DNA of 64,000 nt from an uncultured virus (IMG/VR IMGVR_UViG_3300042891_001399) (IMGVR_UViG_3300042891_001399), one strand, 5' to 3'. Counted from the stretch's first letter, positions 49,978-60,578 are shown. Notes: generated by a model from the sequence alone, not told the origin. Numbers and translations: made by a program.

Positions 49978-50636
49978 AATTAAGACCAGACTATATAGAA
50001 AGAATAAAAAAGCTAGAGGATCTTAAATTTAATAACTTTTTAATTAAAGATAAAAACATACATCATATAAGTAACCATGCTCGCGGTAATCTATATGATA
50101 ACATCACAAGAATAGATTTCAACGCACTTTATCCAAATATTTTAATTGGTCTTTTTAATGAGGGTTTATTGAATGAAAAGTGGAAAAATGATATTAATAA
50201 AGTTAAATGGTTCTTAGAAAATAGATCTGATTTAAAACTATTGAGTCCAGATGAATATGGAAAATGGAAAATACACTGTAATTCACTTTATATTAAAATA
50301 AAGTCACCGTATGTAGTTGAGTATATGAATATATTTTATTCAGAACTAATTGAAAAATATGGAGACCTAATAATCTATATTGATGTTGATAGAATTTATT
50401 TTAAACTTAGTAAAGAAGAATTTCAAACCAAAACAAACATTGAAGAGTTAAATGATTTTAATTATTATGTTGAATTCATTAATTACTTTTATGCTGAGGA
50501 ATTAAAAAAATATATAGAACAGGACTCTTTCGGTCAATTGGCTTGTTCAGGATTTAAAGAACCAAATAAAACGAATTTAGAAAACCTAATTAAAAGAGAA
50601 ATCCGAAGAAGAAAATTAGACAATTTAGGAATATGA
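49974..50636 (+). CDS. miniature family-B DNA polymerase palm-like protein
   Basis: IDFNALYPNI (motif A), K..CNSLY (motif B), YIDVD (motif C variant). Confidence 0.6.
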   Translation: MKLRPDYIERIKKLEDLKFNNFLIKDKNIHHISNHARGNLYDNITRIDFNALYPNILIGLFNEGLLNEKWKNDINKVKWFLENRSDLKLLSPDEYGKWKIHCNSLYIKIKSPYVVEYMNIFYSELIEKYGDLIIYIDVDRIYFKLSKEEFQTKTNIEELNDFNYYVEFINYFYAEELKKYIEQDSFGQLACSGFKEPNKTNLENLIKREIRRRKLDNLGI

Positions 50637-50836
50637 TAGAAGTTTGGGGTTACATATCAATGGTAGTAGTACTTGCTTCAATGATGATGAAAAACATTAA
50701 GATACTAAGAATTACAAATTCAATTGCTTGTGCTATGTTTATTATTTATGGATTGGCACATGGAACATATCCAGTTGTTATAATGAACATATTGGTTATT
50801 TGTATAAATATTTTTCAATTAAAAAAAGGAGAATAG
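50633..50836 (+). CDS. YgjV-like small membrane protein
   Basis: LRITNSIACAMFIIYG..YPVVIMN. Confidence 0.65.
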   Translation: MIEVWGYISMVVVLASMMMKNIKILRITNSIACAMFIIYGLAHGTYPVVIMNILVICINIFQLKKGE

Positions 50837-51050
50837 TTTGATAATTAAAATATTTTAATTATATTTGTCGTATGAAAGATATTCTAAAAAGAACTCCTAT
50901 AGCTGTTTATGTCATCACTTGGTTTATTGTTATTGGTACAATTGCACTTTTATTTTCATAAAATAATTTAATTTTTTTTTAATCTTGTAACCATACTAAT
51001 GTCTATTATCACTATATTTGTAAGTAATAACCCTAATTTATAAAAACAAA

Positions 51051-51242
51051 ATGACAAAAGAAAAATTATTGATGGACCAGTTTAACATTTCTCAAACAAT
51101 GGCTAAACTGATGGTGAAGTATGATTGTCAAACTCCTGACGAGTATCGTGCAATTCGTAAACAACGAAGAGTAGATGTTCCGAAAAAAGAACCTAAAGCT
51201 AAACCAGCTCCGGTTGTTCAGCAAAAAGGTAAGAAAAAGTAA
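51051..51242 (+). CDS. small basic protein
   Basis: ORF between promoter and terminator. Confidence 0.65.
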   Translation: MTKEKLLMDQFNISQTMAKLMVKYDCQTPDEYRAIRKQRRVDVPKKEPKAKPAPVVQQKGKKK

Positions 51243-51284
51243 TCTAACTAACTAACAAAAAAAGACACCTAAGGGTGTCTTTTT

Positions 51285-51527
51285 TTATTCAAAATCTTCA
51301 AAATCTTCAAGATTTTCAATATCCTCTTCAATCTCTTCGTATTTTTTCTTCTTTACAACCTCTACTACTTTATCTGATTCTTTACCAAGTAGTTTATAAG
51401 TTATTCCGTTATAAACTATGTAGTTATATGGATCACCACCACCTGTACTCCAAACTTGAGTTATGTCGCTTTTTTTTGTGATTATTCTACCTTCCATAAT
51501 TTTAATGGTTCCTAAGTTTTCACCCAT
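51285..51527 (-). CDS. hypothetical protein
   Basis: ORF track. Confidence 0.55.
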   Translation of the reverse strand: MGENLGTIKIMEGRIITKKSDITQVWSTGGGDPYNYIVYNGITYKLLGKESDKVVEVVKKKKYEEIEEDIENLEDFEDFE

Positions 51528-51594
51528 ATGTTAAAATTAATTTTGATTATATATTGATTTTTATTTTCAAAATATCAATTTTAATATATATTCT

Positions 51595-51993
51595 ATGAAA
51601 TATCTAAAAAAGTTTAATGAAAATGTGGCTGAGAAGTATCTACAAATGCATGAGATACTTAAAGATGTATTTGCTGAGTTGATAGATGATACTACTATTC
51701 AAGTAGAGTTTGGATATGAATCCGATGATAGTGAAATACTTGTTACTATAAAACCTTGGACTAAAACACAAACAGCTGGTTTGGGACTTTCTATGATGAA
51801 GCCTACTGAAATGACCACAGAACAAATGGTTGAAAGATATTCAAAATATCTTGAGTTAGTTAAAGATATTGAAGTTTGTTATAAAAGAGCAGTTGATGAA
51901 TTAAATACCAAAGGTAAATTAATGGTAGCTGTTGATAATAGAATTTATATGGCATTCCAAATACCAGGTGCTAAAACAGAATATCCTTTTTAA
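51595..51993 (+). CDS. leader-motif paralog family protein
   Basis: MKYLKKFNE; LKDVFAELIDD. Confidence 0.7.
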   Translation: MKYLKKFNENVAEKYLQMHEILKDVFAELIDDTTIQVEFGYESDDSEILVTIKPWTKTQTAGLGLSMMKPTEMTTEQMVERYSKYLELVKDIEVCYKRAVDELNTKGKLMVAVDNRIYMAFQIPGAKTEYPF

Positions 51994-52268
51994 TGAAATA
52001 CTTAAAGAAATATAAAATATTTGAGAGTGATTCTTTCAAATGGGTTGAAGAGAATAATAAATTAAAAATAAAATTTGAATTCAAAGATTTTAACGAGGCT
52101 TTAGATTTCATAAATAAATTAGCATCTATCTGTGAATCAATGAATCATCATCCTGAAATTAATTGGGTTTATAATAAAATTGAACTTACTTTATCTACAC
52201 ATGACGATGGTGATAAAATTACAGAACTAGATTATCAATTAGCAAATAAAATAGATGAGATAATATAA
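51993..52268 (+). CDS. pterin-4a-carbinolamine dehydratase (PhhB/PCD) with MKYLKKYKIFES leader
   Basis: FEFKDF, NHHPEI, LSTHD, ITELDYQLA. Confidence 0.88.
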   Translation: MKYLKKYKIFESDSFKWVEENNKLKIKFEFKDFNEALDFINKLASICESMNHHPEINWVYNKIELTLSTHDDGDKITELDYQLANKIDEII

Positions 52269-52279
52269 TATATACAATA

Positions 52280-53164
52280 ATGAAACATTTAAAAAGATTT
52301 AACGAAGAATTAAAACCCGATACTTATAGAAAAGCGGCTTATAAACTTCGTGACTATAACAAAGATAAAAAGTCTAAAGACTTATTAGATTGGGCTGATA
52401 AACAAGAGTTTGGTTATTATAATATGTGTCTTACTAATAGTAGCACCATTATTGCTAAAAATGATACATTTACAAATCCTAAACTAATTGGAATGTATTA
52501 TGGTGAAGTTAAAACTGGTGAAAGAAATAAACCCATATATGGTGAGGATGTTTTAAGACATAGTGACTCTGAGGCATTGGCTAATAGGCTAGTAAATGAT
52601 TGGAAAGAAGGTAGAGCTGAGTTAGCTATAACATTTGAGTTTGGATTTCAAGCAACCAGTCAAACAAAGAGTAAACATGAATATTTAAATAATCCGTCAA
52701 AATATTCTCAAAGGTGGAATATAGGTCAATCAGTACCAATGTTTTCTATTGAGTTACAATTAAGTAATTGGCACGATGGAATAGAAGATTGGGATAGTGA
52801 TGCTAAGTGGGAAGCTGAACATAGAGGCGAGGAATTCACACCTACAACTTTATATGATTTTTATAAATTCTCAGCAGAAGAAAGTTTATATCTTAAAAGA
52901 CCAAACAATGAACAATACTATGGTGTATTCACTGATAGAGGATCATCTTCTAAGTTCTTAAAATTCTTACAATCATCAATAGATGATAAAGTAAAAGAAA
53001 AGATAATGGATGTTTTAAGTATTATAGGTGGTGAGGCAGAAGACTTAGAAAGAATACTTAATTCTTTTAATAAAGTAAGAGTTCATGGTCTATATGATAA
53101 TGAGTTTACAAGTAGTAGTAATGGTAATCTCGGACAAAAATGGTTTAATAAACCTATAAACTAA
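52280..53164 (+). CDS. hypothetical protein, MKHLKRFNEE leader
   Basis: ORF; AATATATA upstream. Confidence 0.7.
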   Translation: MKHLKRFNEELKPDTYRKAAYKLRDYNKDKKSKDLLDWADKQEFGYYNMCLTNSSTIIAKNDTFTNPKLIGMYYGEVKTGERNKPIYGEDVLRHSDSEALANRLVNDWKEGRAELAITFEFGFQATSQTKSKHEYLNNPSKYSQRWNIGQSVPMFSIELQLSNWHDGIEDWDSDAKWEAEHRGEEFTPTTLYDFYKFSAEESLYLKRPNNEQYYGVFTDRGSSSKFLKFLQSSIDDKVKEKIMDVLSIIGGEAEDLERILNSFNKVRVHGLYDNEFTSSSNGNLGQKWFNKPIN

Positions 53165-53219
53165 AATATTAACCCTCTTAAATGAGGGTTTTTAATTTTA
53201 AATACTTATATTTGCCCAT

Positions 53220-53630
53220 GTGAACACACACAAGAAATTAATAGGAATGGGTTTCAAAAAATGCGAACCTCATATAAAACACTATGATAACAATAAAGAG
53301 TCCATTTATGGAATGATACCTGATGTGTATGTTAATGAATATAAGATTGTTAATAGTAAAAGAACTTTAGTTACAGTCAAGAAAGTTCATCCAAAATGGA
53401 GATTGTTTTATAAGATGGTTTTTACTGACACTGTTAACATTTGGATTGATACTGATAAAGGACAAATAAAAACAATTTGGTTAGAAGGAAATATAGCTAA
53501 AAACGGTGTGGAAGAGATATATGAGTTCTATAAACACGGGTCAATTCTTTTGGAAAGTAAAAAAGATATAATTAGATTATTTCCTAAGGCAATTCAAAGA
53601 GACTTTATAATAAATGACTTGTTTAGTTAA
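53220..53630 (+). CDS. hypothetical protein (C-terminal RDFIINDL)
   Basis: ORF track. Confidence 0.6.
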   Translation: MNTHKKLIGMGFKKCEPHIKHYDNNKESIYGMIPDVYVNEYKIVNSKRTLVTVKKVHPKWRLFYKMVFTDTVNIWIDTDKGQIKTIWLEGNIAKNGVEEIYEFYKHGSILLESKKDIIRLFPKAIQRDFIINDLFS

Positions 53631-53979
53631 GAGGTTTAATGTAGTTGTTGAAACTATCTTTTAAACCTTTTAATTCAAATCCCATTGATCTATAAAGATT
53701 ATTAGCAACTGTATTATCAATCTCAGTATTTAACTCAATTGATTCACACATTCTTTGCTTACATCTAACGATAGCATTTTCAACTAATCTTTTACCATAA
53801 CCATTACCACGGTGAGAATTAAGAACTTCTACCGAATAAATAGAAGCTTTATTTTCATTGTATATTAAAAGTAAACTACCTACTTGTTGTTCACCTTTAG
53901 TGATGAATAATAATTCAGTATTAAGTGGTTGTACATTAACACTTACTTTTTCGTTGATTAATTCTGTTAGTTTTTTCAT
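53623..53979 (-). CDS. GNAT acetyltransferase
   Basis: HRGNGYGKRL, N..A..LYRSMGF. Confidence 0.85.
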   Translation of the reverse strand: MKKLTELINEKVSVNVQPLNTELLFITKGEQQVGSLLLIYNENKASIYSVEVLNSHRGNGYGKRLVENAIVRCKQRMCESIELNTEIDNTVANNLYRSMGFELKGLKDSFNNYIKPLN

Positions 53980-54032
53980 ATAAGTATATATTAATTAAAT
54001 AAACTATTTAAAATATTATTGATATAAGACTA

Positions 54033-54908
54033 ATGAAGACAATTATATTATACTCTAATAAAGGATATGAAGGAATGGTAGACTCGTTTTTAATATCTAT
54101 GAAATATGCTCAATGTGAGAATATCCCAGTTTTATACTACACAATAGGTTTTGACTCTGAGTTAAATTATCCAAACTTAACTAAGATTAGATGGGAAGTA
54201 GATCCAAATAAAACAGACTTAACATATTACAAGCCAGAAATTTTATTAGACTCACTTAAATATTCAAGTGAAGTTTGTTATATGGATTCCGATATTGTAC
54301 TTGGTAAAAGATTTAATATAGATTCTTTATTTAATAAAGACATAGATTATCCATTCTGTTGTAGAGGTCCTTTAGAATTTGTTTGGGTTTGGTGCACACA
54401 GAATGGTGAAAATTTCAGAATAGATGAAAATAATTTAATGGATTATTATGGAGTTAAAGAAAGAAGTAGCACATATTTATGGGCATCAATGATGTCATTT
54501 ACGGAGAATTGTAGAGACTTTTTAGAAGAGTGGTCTTCAATTCTAAACAATCCATACTTATTAAAAAGAGAATATAATATTAATTATAAGAAAATTAAGC
54601 ATTATTTCCCATTTAGAGAAGAAACAGCTTTTAATGTTACTTTTTGGAAAAGAGGATGTAATAGAATTTTAGATTTAGTGTTCTTCAATACAGTCAAATT
54701 TGAATCATTTTTAAAAGTTGAAACTGAAGATGACTTTAATCAAGAAATTAGAAACTACACAAGTCACTCAACAATTGATTATGGAATATATGAAACTTGT
54801 AATAATTCATCAATAGTACAATTCTATCATGGATTAAAGCCTGGTGAGGATCTTAATAATGTTATTAATTGGATGAAATCAAAAATAAATGAAAGAGAAT
54901 TAAATTAA
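54033..54908 (+). CDS. putative GT-A glycosyltransferase
   Basis: YYKP, YMDSD (DxD), EETAFN. Confidence 0.6.
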   Translation: MKTIILYSNKGYEGMVDSFLISMKYAQCENIPVLYYTIGFDSELNYPNLTKIRWEVDPNKTDLTYYKPEILLDSLKYSSEVCYMDSDIVLGKRFNIDSLFNKDIDYPFCCRGPLEFVWVWCTQNGENFRIDENNLMDYYGVKERSSTYLWASMMSFTENCRDFLEEWSSILNNPYLLKREYNINYKKIKHYFPFREETAFNVTFWKRGCNRILDLVFFNTVKFESFLKVETEDDFNQEIRNYTSHSTIDYGIYETCNNSSIVQFYHGLKPGEDLNNVINWMKSKINERELN

Positions 54909-55441
54909 CTATTAACTTTATTGAAAACTAATTTACAAGTTAAGTTGTGTGATAGTTGTCTAATGAAATTATAACTTGCTTTTTCTTTATGTAATATTGG
55001 CGCTTTCTTTATAATTTCAAAATTCAAATTCTCATCCATATAAATAAGTCCAGCATACTCAGGGACTTCTTCAGCTGTTACTAATCCAGTTGGAACAACA
55101 AAGTTAAAATAGTTACAAGTTAAATATAAAGTGTCTTTAACCTTTTCATTATTTTCTTTAATCATTCTTACTTTAGTACACTTTCTTTCTAACATTAATT
55201 TATGTTTGTCTTTATTAAAATCAGCTTTGAAATCTGAACGTGAGATTTTAATTTCATATTCATAAATATAATTTGCTTTACTTATTGATATAACATCACA
55301 CTCGGCTAAACCATAACCAGTAAATCTTGTTGTGATTGGTGAATGTTGTTTTTCATATAGATACATAGCTAAAGCCGATTCTATATTCTTAGATTGAGAA
55401 TTATCTCTTTTAATCTTTTTAATTGATGATTTTCTTGACAT
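54905..55441 (-). CDS. MmcB-like PD-(D/E)XK nuclease
   Basis: ECDV..EYEIKISRSDFKAD, FVVP, EVPEYAGL. Confidence 0.75.
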   Translation of the reverse strand: MSRKSSIKKIKRDNSQSKNIESALAMYLYEKQHSPITTRFTGYGLAECDVISISKANYIYEYEIKISRSDFKADFNKDKHKLMLERKCTKVRMIKENNEKVKDTLYLTCNYFNFVVPTGLVTAEEVPEYAGLIYMDENLNFEIIKKAPILHKEKASYNFIRQLSHNLTCKLVFNKVNS

Positions 55442-55548
55442 AAGTTATATATTATTAGGAATTATAACCAAATAATCTTGAACCCATAAAAGTATATATT
55501 AAATATACAAAGGAACTATTCAAATTTATAAATTTAATATATAATTCA

Positions 55549-55959
55549 ATGAGATACTTAAAATTATTTGAATCATTCATATCTAGGGGAGAGTTAGTAC
55601 AAGATGCTAAGGATATTTGTTTAGAATTAAATGATAATAATATTGTAACCAAATGTTATTATAATCCTCCTTATATCACTGATAGTAAATTAAATCCAGG
55701 CTTTATAACAATAGGGATGGAAAGAACTGAATTTGAAGATGATGATATGGGTTATGGCTTGGCTGGTATTTTAGAATGGCATGAAATTGAAGAAGTGATT
55801 GATAGATTAATTGAATATCTTGAATCAAACAATTGGAAATTAGCATCAATTTTAATGGATGGAGATAATCTAATTAATCCTAAAGAGTGGGTAGAAACTT
55901 TGAGAAAAAAAGTCAGCTATACATTTAGTGGATTAACAATTAATTTTACACAAGAATAA
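55549..55959 (+). CDS. leader-motif paralog family protein
   Basis: MRYLKLFESF; AKDICLELND. Confidence 0.7.
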   Translation: MRYLKLFESFISRGELVQDAKDICLELNDNNIVTKCYYNPPYITDSKLNPGFITIGMERTEFEDDDMGYGLAGILEWHEIEEVIDRLIEYLESNNWKLASILMDGDNLINPKEWVETLRKKVSYTFSGLTINFTQE

Positions 55960-56492
55960 TGAAACACTTAAAATCATATAAGTTATTTGAATCCCGTATT
56001 GATGATATGGAAGATAATATTCAAGATATTTTACTTGAATTAGAAGATATTGGATTACAAATAGAAATGGATAGAACTCGTAAAGATGTTGAAGATGATA
56101 CACTACAGAGAAGAGTAAAAAGAACTGATGTCTTCGTAGAAGTTCGTATTATGAGACCTTTTGGTGCTCCAGATAGAGTTATACCAGGTGTTCCTCAACC
56201 TCCAGGTGGTAGATATCAAGGTAATCTTTTCTTTTGGTATGAGGTTAAAGATGCTATCATTAGATTGAATGATTGGTACTATGAATATTCTGGTAATGAA
56301 TATACACCTGGAATTGATAGTAAAACCTCATCAGAACTTGCTAAGATAGGAATCAAATATAATACTAATTCACCTTTTAGAATGTTTAATGGTGGTATTG
56401 AATTTGGAATAGGCTGGTACAAACCAGAAGACTTTGATGGTGTTGGTGATTATATTTCTTTTGATCGTTTAAGAATTGAAATGAAACTATAA
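55959..56492 (+). CDS. leader-motif paralog family protein
   Basis: MKHLKSYKLFES; IQDILLELEDIG. Confidence 0.7.
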   Translation: MKHLKSYKLFESRIDDMEDNIQDILLELEDIGLQIEMDRTRKDVEDDTLQRRVKRTDVFVEVRIMRPFGAPDRVIPGVPQPPGGRYQGNLFFWYEVKDAIIRLNDWYYEYSGNEYTPGIDSKTSSELAKIGIKYNTNSPFRMFNGGIEFGIGWYKPEDFDGVGDYISFDRLRIEMKL

Positions 56493-56528
56493 TTTCATTT
56501 TCTCATATAATATTCGTATATTTATATT

Positions 56529-57038
56529 ATGAGAAATGAACACGGAAATAGTGAGAAGGATCCAGTTTATGGATATTTAGAAAATCCCAGAGAATTATTA
56601 TTTATTGATATGGATGGTGTCTTAGCAGATGCTGAAGCCGGTATGAAAGTTTGGTCTGATAAGTTAGGGATATCAACAGATGAACTTTTCAAAAAGAAGC
56701 TTTATCACATGCCTGGTTTTTATTTAGATTTACCACCAATGGAAGGAGCAATTGAAGCTTTTAATAAACTATCAGAAAAGTATGAAGTTTATATTCTAAC
56801 AGCACCATCTTGGGAAAATCCATCTTGTTATACTGATAAAAGATTGTGGGTTGGTAAATACTTAGGTGATGTAGCTTATAAAAGGTTAATCATATCTAAT
56901 GATAAAAGTTTATTTACAGGTAGAGCTTTAATTGACGACAGAACAAAGTATGGAGTAACAGAATTTAAAGGAGAACATATTCACTTTGCTACTGATAAAT
57001 TCCCAAATTGGAAATCTGTTTTAGAATATTTAATATGA
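56529..57038 (+). CDS. 5'(3')-deoxyribonucleotidase (second copy)
   Basis: IDMDGVL, YTDKRLW, LIDD, FPNWKSV. Confidence 0.85.
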   Translation: MRNEHGNSEKDPVYGYLENPRELLFIDMDGVLADAEAGMKVWSDKLGISTDELFKKKLYHMPGFYLDLPPMEGAIEAFNKLSEKYEVYILTAPSWENPSCYTDKRLWVGKYLGDVAYKRLIISNDKSLFTGRALIDDRTKYGVTEFKGEHIHFATDKFPNWKSVLEYLI

Positions 57039-57412
57039 ATCCATTAAAAATTAGTTTTGATTTTGATTGTACGTTAGGTGAAGATATCATTCAGCGTAAA
57101 GCCAATCTATTGATTAAATCTACTGAGTATTGTAATGTTTATATTATTACTGCTCGTTGTAAGGATCAAAAAAATCCAGATGTTTATTCCGTTGCTAAAA
57201 GATTAGGCATACCTGAGTCTAATATTCACTTCACTGAAGGTGCTTGGAAATGGCATAGGATAAAAGAGTTAGAAATTGATATACACTTTGATGATGTTCC
57301 TGAGGAATGTGAATTGATATCCAACAACACAAATTGTTTACCACTTTTAATTTGGGATGAATTTTGTAAAGAGTCAATTAAACACGATTCATTTGGTAAC
57401 GGAATCTACTAA
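57035..57412 (+). CDS. HAD-superfamily hydrolase
   Basis: SFDFDCTL, ITAR, K, HFDD. Confidence 0.75.
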   Translation: MNPLKISFDFDCTLGEDIIQRKANLLIKSTEYCNVYIITARCKDQKNPDVYSVAKRLGIPESNIHFTEGAWKWHRIKELEIDIHFDDVPEECELISNNTNCLPLLIWDEFCKESIKHDSFGNGIY

Positions 57413-58530
57413 TTAATCATGTCAAAATAGATATAAACTTGCTCGCGTGAACTACCTTCATTGATTATCTCTTGCCTTACTTTAAAACCAGTGTCTGTTA
57501 AATAATCTTTGACTCTTTCTAAGGTATCATTTACTTCATTCCAAAATTCATCATGTGGTAATCTTTTAAAATTTTTAATCCAAACATATGGACTTTCTGA
57601 AAATCCCTTTGTAAATCCACTAAGTTGAGGTCTATATCCTAAATCAGTTATCTCTAAAAGAATCTCTCTTAGATATTTTTCTAATTCTTCTCTAACTGGA
57701 TTACCAGGTCTTTTCCAGTCAGCATCATACTCAATTTTTGACTCTGATATATTATCTTCTTTGTTACTTATAATAACTTTAATATAATCAATAGGTACTT
57801 TATAATTACCTATTATTGTAACATCATTTTCAATTAAACCATCTTCTGATTTAGAACTTAAATGGTCAATACATTGTGAATTACATATACTTTCTATTTC
57901 AATATCATAATCTTGACTAACATATGAAATTAGATGTTGTAAAGCTAGTACAAACTCTTGACCCGGTATATAAGGCAATGGTCTTGGTTCATCACTAAAT
58001 CCATAAGTATCAAACTTCTCAATATAGATTCTTGTTACTTCACCTACACCACCTCTATTGTATTCAACTTTGAAACCAAGGTCTTCTATCTCACGGAAGA
58101 TATCTTCAATGTTATTTAGAACTTCTTTATTAGAATTAGATTCTCTAATAATAGGTGAGTTAGTCATACTACCATGTTTATCAAATTTGAATACAGCAAA
58201 ATGATTACCACCAGACATACCTCTTGGATTCATACCATATGACTTTAATGTTTCTATGAAATCTTGTATAGTATCAGTAAAATATAAATCAGCATTAAAT
58301 CTTTCATTGTCATCAGTTACTTTCATAATTATAAACTTCTTATAATCATCTGTATATCTTGATCCGGTATGAATAGAAACTCTAGGATCTCTAAGTAAAT
58401 AAGAATGTGATCCATTAATAACTTCAACTTGAAGACCCTCATCTTGAAGCTCTAAAGATAAATCTTTAAGTAACTGAATCTTCTTATCAACAAGTGATTC
58501 AAATAGTTTATATTTCTTTAGGTACTTCAT
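57409..58530 (-). CDS. leader-motif protein with three tandem paralogous domains
   Basis: MKYLKKYKLFES; three D[IL]xxE[LI]xDxG repeats. Confidence 0.7.
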   Translation of the reverse strand: MKYLKKYKLFESLVDKKIQLLKDLSLELQDEGLQVEVINGSHSYLLRDPRVSIHTGSRYTDDYKKFIIMKVTDDNERFNADLYFTDTIQDFIETLKSYGMNPRGMSGGNHFAVFKFDKHGSMTNSPIIRESNSNKEVLNNIEDIFREIEDLGFKVEYNRGGVGEVTRIYIEKFDTYGFSDEPRPLPYIPGQEFVLALQHLISYVSQDYDIEIESICNSQCIDHLSSKSEDGLIENDVTIIGNYKVPIDYIKVIISNKEDNISESKIEYDADWKRPGNPVREELEKYLREILLEITDLGYRPQLSGFTKGFSESPYVWIKNFKRLPHDEFWNEVNDTLERVKDYLTDTGFKVRQEIINEGSSREQVYIYFDMIN

Positions 58531-59377
58531 TTGGTATAAATTCTAATTTTACTTTTTGTATCATTCCTATGACCTCCGAAAGATCATCAATAGTATCAAG
58601 GTTCTCCCAATCAACTGGATACTTAATAGATAATAAAGTTTTAAATCCTTCAGATGACATATAATCTTCTATTCTTCTACAAGTCTCAATAAACCATTCT
58701 GGAAATGGACCAAACCCACTTCTTTTCTCATCTTGTTTAATTATTCTTCTGTCAATATCAATTGATAAATAAAAAGGTTGTTTTATACTTCCAAGATGTC
58801 CTCTACTTTTTAGAGAAACAATATTTAGATGAATATCATTTTCTGGAGATATTTCACATTTACAGTTATTATCTTCAAACTCTTGACAGATATCTTTAAT
58901 GGTGGAAATAACTTCTCTAAATTCTACAAATCTTGATTCAAAAATATCTTTATCAATTGTGTATTTTCTCTTAAAAGGCGATACTCTTGGATTATTATAA
59001 ATAAAAATATTAATGTGATATAATTCTTCACCGGAAAATTCTTTCATAAAATCATCAATATCTGAATAACCATCGGAGTTAAGTATTCCTAAATCAATTG
59101 AATAATCACTATCTTTTAGATAGTCTTTTATTCTTAATAAAACATCCATTATATCTTCTAATCTGAAAAATCTATCTTGATTATCTTTAATATAAACTCT
59201 TAAACAATCTTCACCATTTATACCATCTTTATAATATTTAACCGCTTTAACATTATATTCAATCTGATAGTCAGTTAGCTCTAATAATATATCTTCAATG
59301 TCAGCTTTTATTTCTTGAGCGTTTCGGTAATCAGAGGCTAATGATTCAAATAACTTATATGATTTTAAATATTTCAT
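58508..59377 (-). CDS. leader-motif protein with two tandem paralogous domains
   Basis: MKYLKSYKLFES; IEDILLELTD / IKDICQEFED. Confidence 0.7.
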   Translation of the reverse strand: MKYLKSYKLFESLASDYRNAQEIKADIEDILLELTDYQIEYNVKAVKYYKDGINGEDCLRVYIKDNQDRFFRLEDIMDVLLRIKDYLKDSDYSIDLGILNSDGYSDIDDFMKEFSGEELYHINIFIYNNPRVSPFKRKYTIDKDIFESRFVEFREVISTIKDICQEFEDNNCKCEISPENDIHLNIVSLKSRGHLGSIKQPFYLSIDIDRRIIKQDEKRSGFGPFPEWFIETCRRIEDYMSSEGFKTLLSIKYPVDWENLDTIDDLSEVIGMIQKVKLEFIPNEVPKEI

Positions 59378-59457
59378 TAGACTATATATTAACTTGACAT
59401 TTTGGAAAGTAATTTGTACCTTTGTAGTAATTAATAAACTATTTACAAATAGAAATC

Positions 59458-60165
59458 ATGATTTATATACAATCCGACACCGATAGAAAATTACCACATC
59501 ACTTTGATTGTGCCTGTGGACTCTATGGTGCTTTAGACCATGGACAAGACATTCGTCTGACTACATTTGAAGAAGTTCAGTCTGGTAAGTTTGATAACTT
59601 AATTAAGTTAAATTTATTTATAGGCTCTGTTGAGTTTATGAAAGAAGTTTTTTCAAGAATTGGTAAAAACAATATTAGAGTTCCTGAAAACTCAAATCGT
59701 GATTTTAAATCAATGACATTAGGTGAGGCTAAGATATTATCTAAATCTAAAAGCATTTTCATTAAACCTTTTGATATTAAATTATTCACCGGTTTTGTAC
59801 TTGACCAAATGATTAACATGTCAATATCAAGTGTGTCGGATGATACAATGGTGATGGTATATGATGTTTTCTCAAGTCCAATTAGAAGTGAATGGCGTTG
59901 TTATATCGGAAGAGATAAAGTTGTTGACATTCGTAACTACTCTGGTGATATATTTACCACACCAAGTAAAGAGTATTTACAATCAGTTTTTGATTCAAAT
60001 AGGTCTAAATTTCCAACCGCTTATACAATTGATATTGGGATTTTAGAAAATGGAGATAATGTAGTAATTGAATATAATGATATGTGGGCTATTGGTAATT
60101 ATGGTATTGATAATTATGAATACTTTAGTTTGTTAAAATCAAGATATTTTGAAATAGTGAGATAA
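59458..60165 (+). CDS. ATP-grasp domain protein (DUF4343/R2K-like)
   Basis: FIKP..KLFTG, SEWRCY, YTIDIG, IEYND. Confidence 0.8.
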   Translation: MIYIQSDTDRKLPHHFDCACGLYGALDHGQDIRLTTFEEVQSGKFDNLIKLNLFIGSVEFMKEVFSRIGKNNIRVPENSNRDFKSMTLGEAKILSKSKSIFIKPFDIKLFTGFVLDQMINMSISSVSDDTMVMVYDVFSSPIRSEWRCYIGRDKVVDIRNYSGDIFTTPSKEYLQSVFDSNRSKFPTAYTIDIGILENGDNVVIEYNDMWAIGNYGIDNYEYFSLLKSRYFEIVR

Positions 60166-60578
60166 TGAATAATTACATTTTTACAGATATAGATGGTGTT
60201 CTAAACACAATTAATAGAAATCAGTGGAATAAAACCTCTATTGATTTGTATAATAAATTGTGCCATGAATTTAATTTAAAGCCTGTTATTTCTTCTACAT
60301 GGAGATTGAATCATACAAAAGAACAACTTCAGAAGATATTTACTGAACAGGGCGTAACTGTTACTATTTATGACTTCACAGATTCTTTTCCAGATGAAGG
60401 TAGAGGTCGTGAAATTGAAGATTGGATTTTTAATAACTCTTATGATAAGTTTATTATATTAGATGATAGTGTTAGAGATATAAATGCTTGGGGTTTGCCT
60501 AATGTGGTTAGATGTAGAGGATGGATAGGCTTTTCTGAAGAAGAGTATGACTTGGCGGTTTCTTTATTAAAAAAATGA
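60165..60578 (+). CDS. HAD domain protein (Swiss-Army-knife RNA-repair HAD-like)
   Basis: DIDGVLN, ISSTWR, RGREI, FIILDD. Confidence 0.8.
   Translation: MNNYIFTDIDGVLNTINRNQWNKTSIDLYNKLCHEFNLKPVISSTWRLNHTKEQLQKIFTEQGVTVTIYDFTDSFPDEGRGREIEDWIFNNSYDKFIILDDSVRDINAWGLPNVVRCRGWIGFSEEEYDLAVSLLKK

Noticed and set aside
55455..55500. 10-codon mini-ORF MGSRLFGYNS behind an AATATATA motif on the minus strand
   Set aside because: Too short to support; may be a chance match in AT-rich DNA
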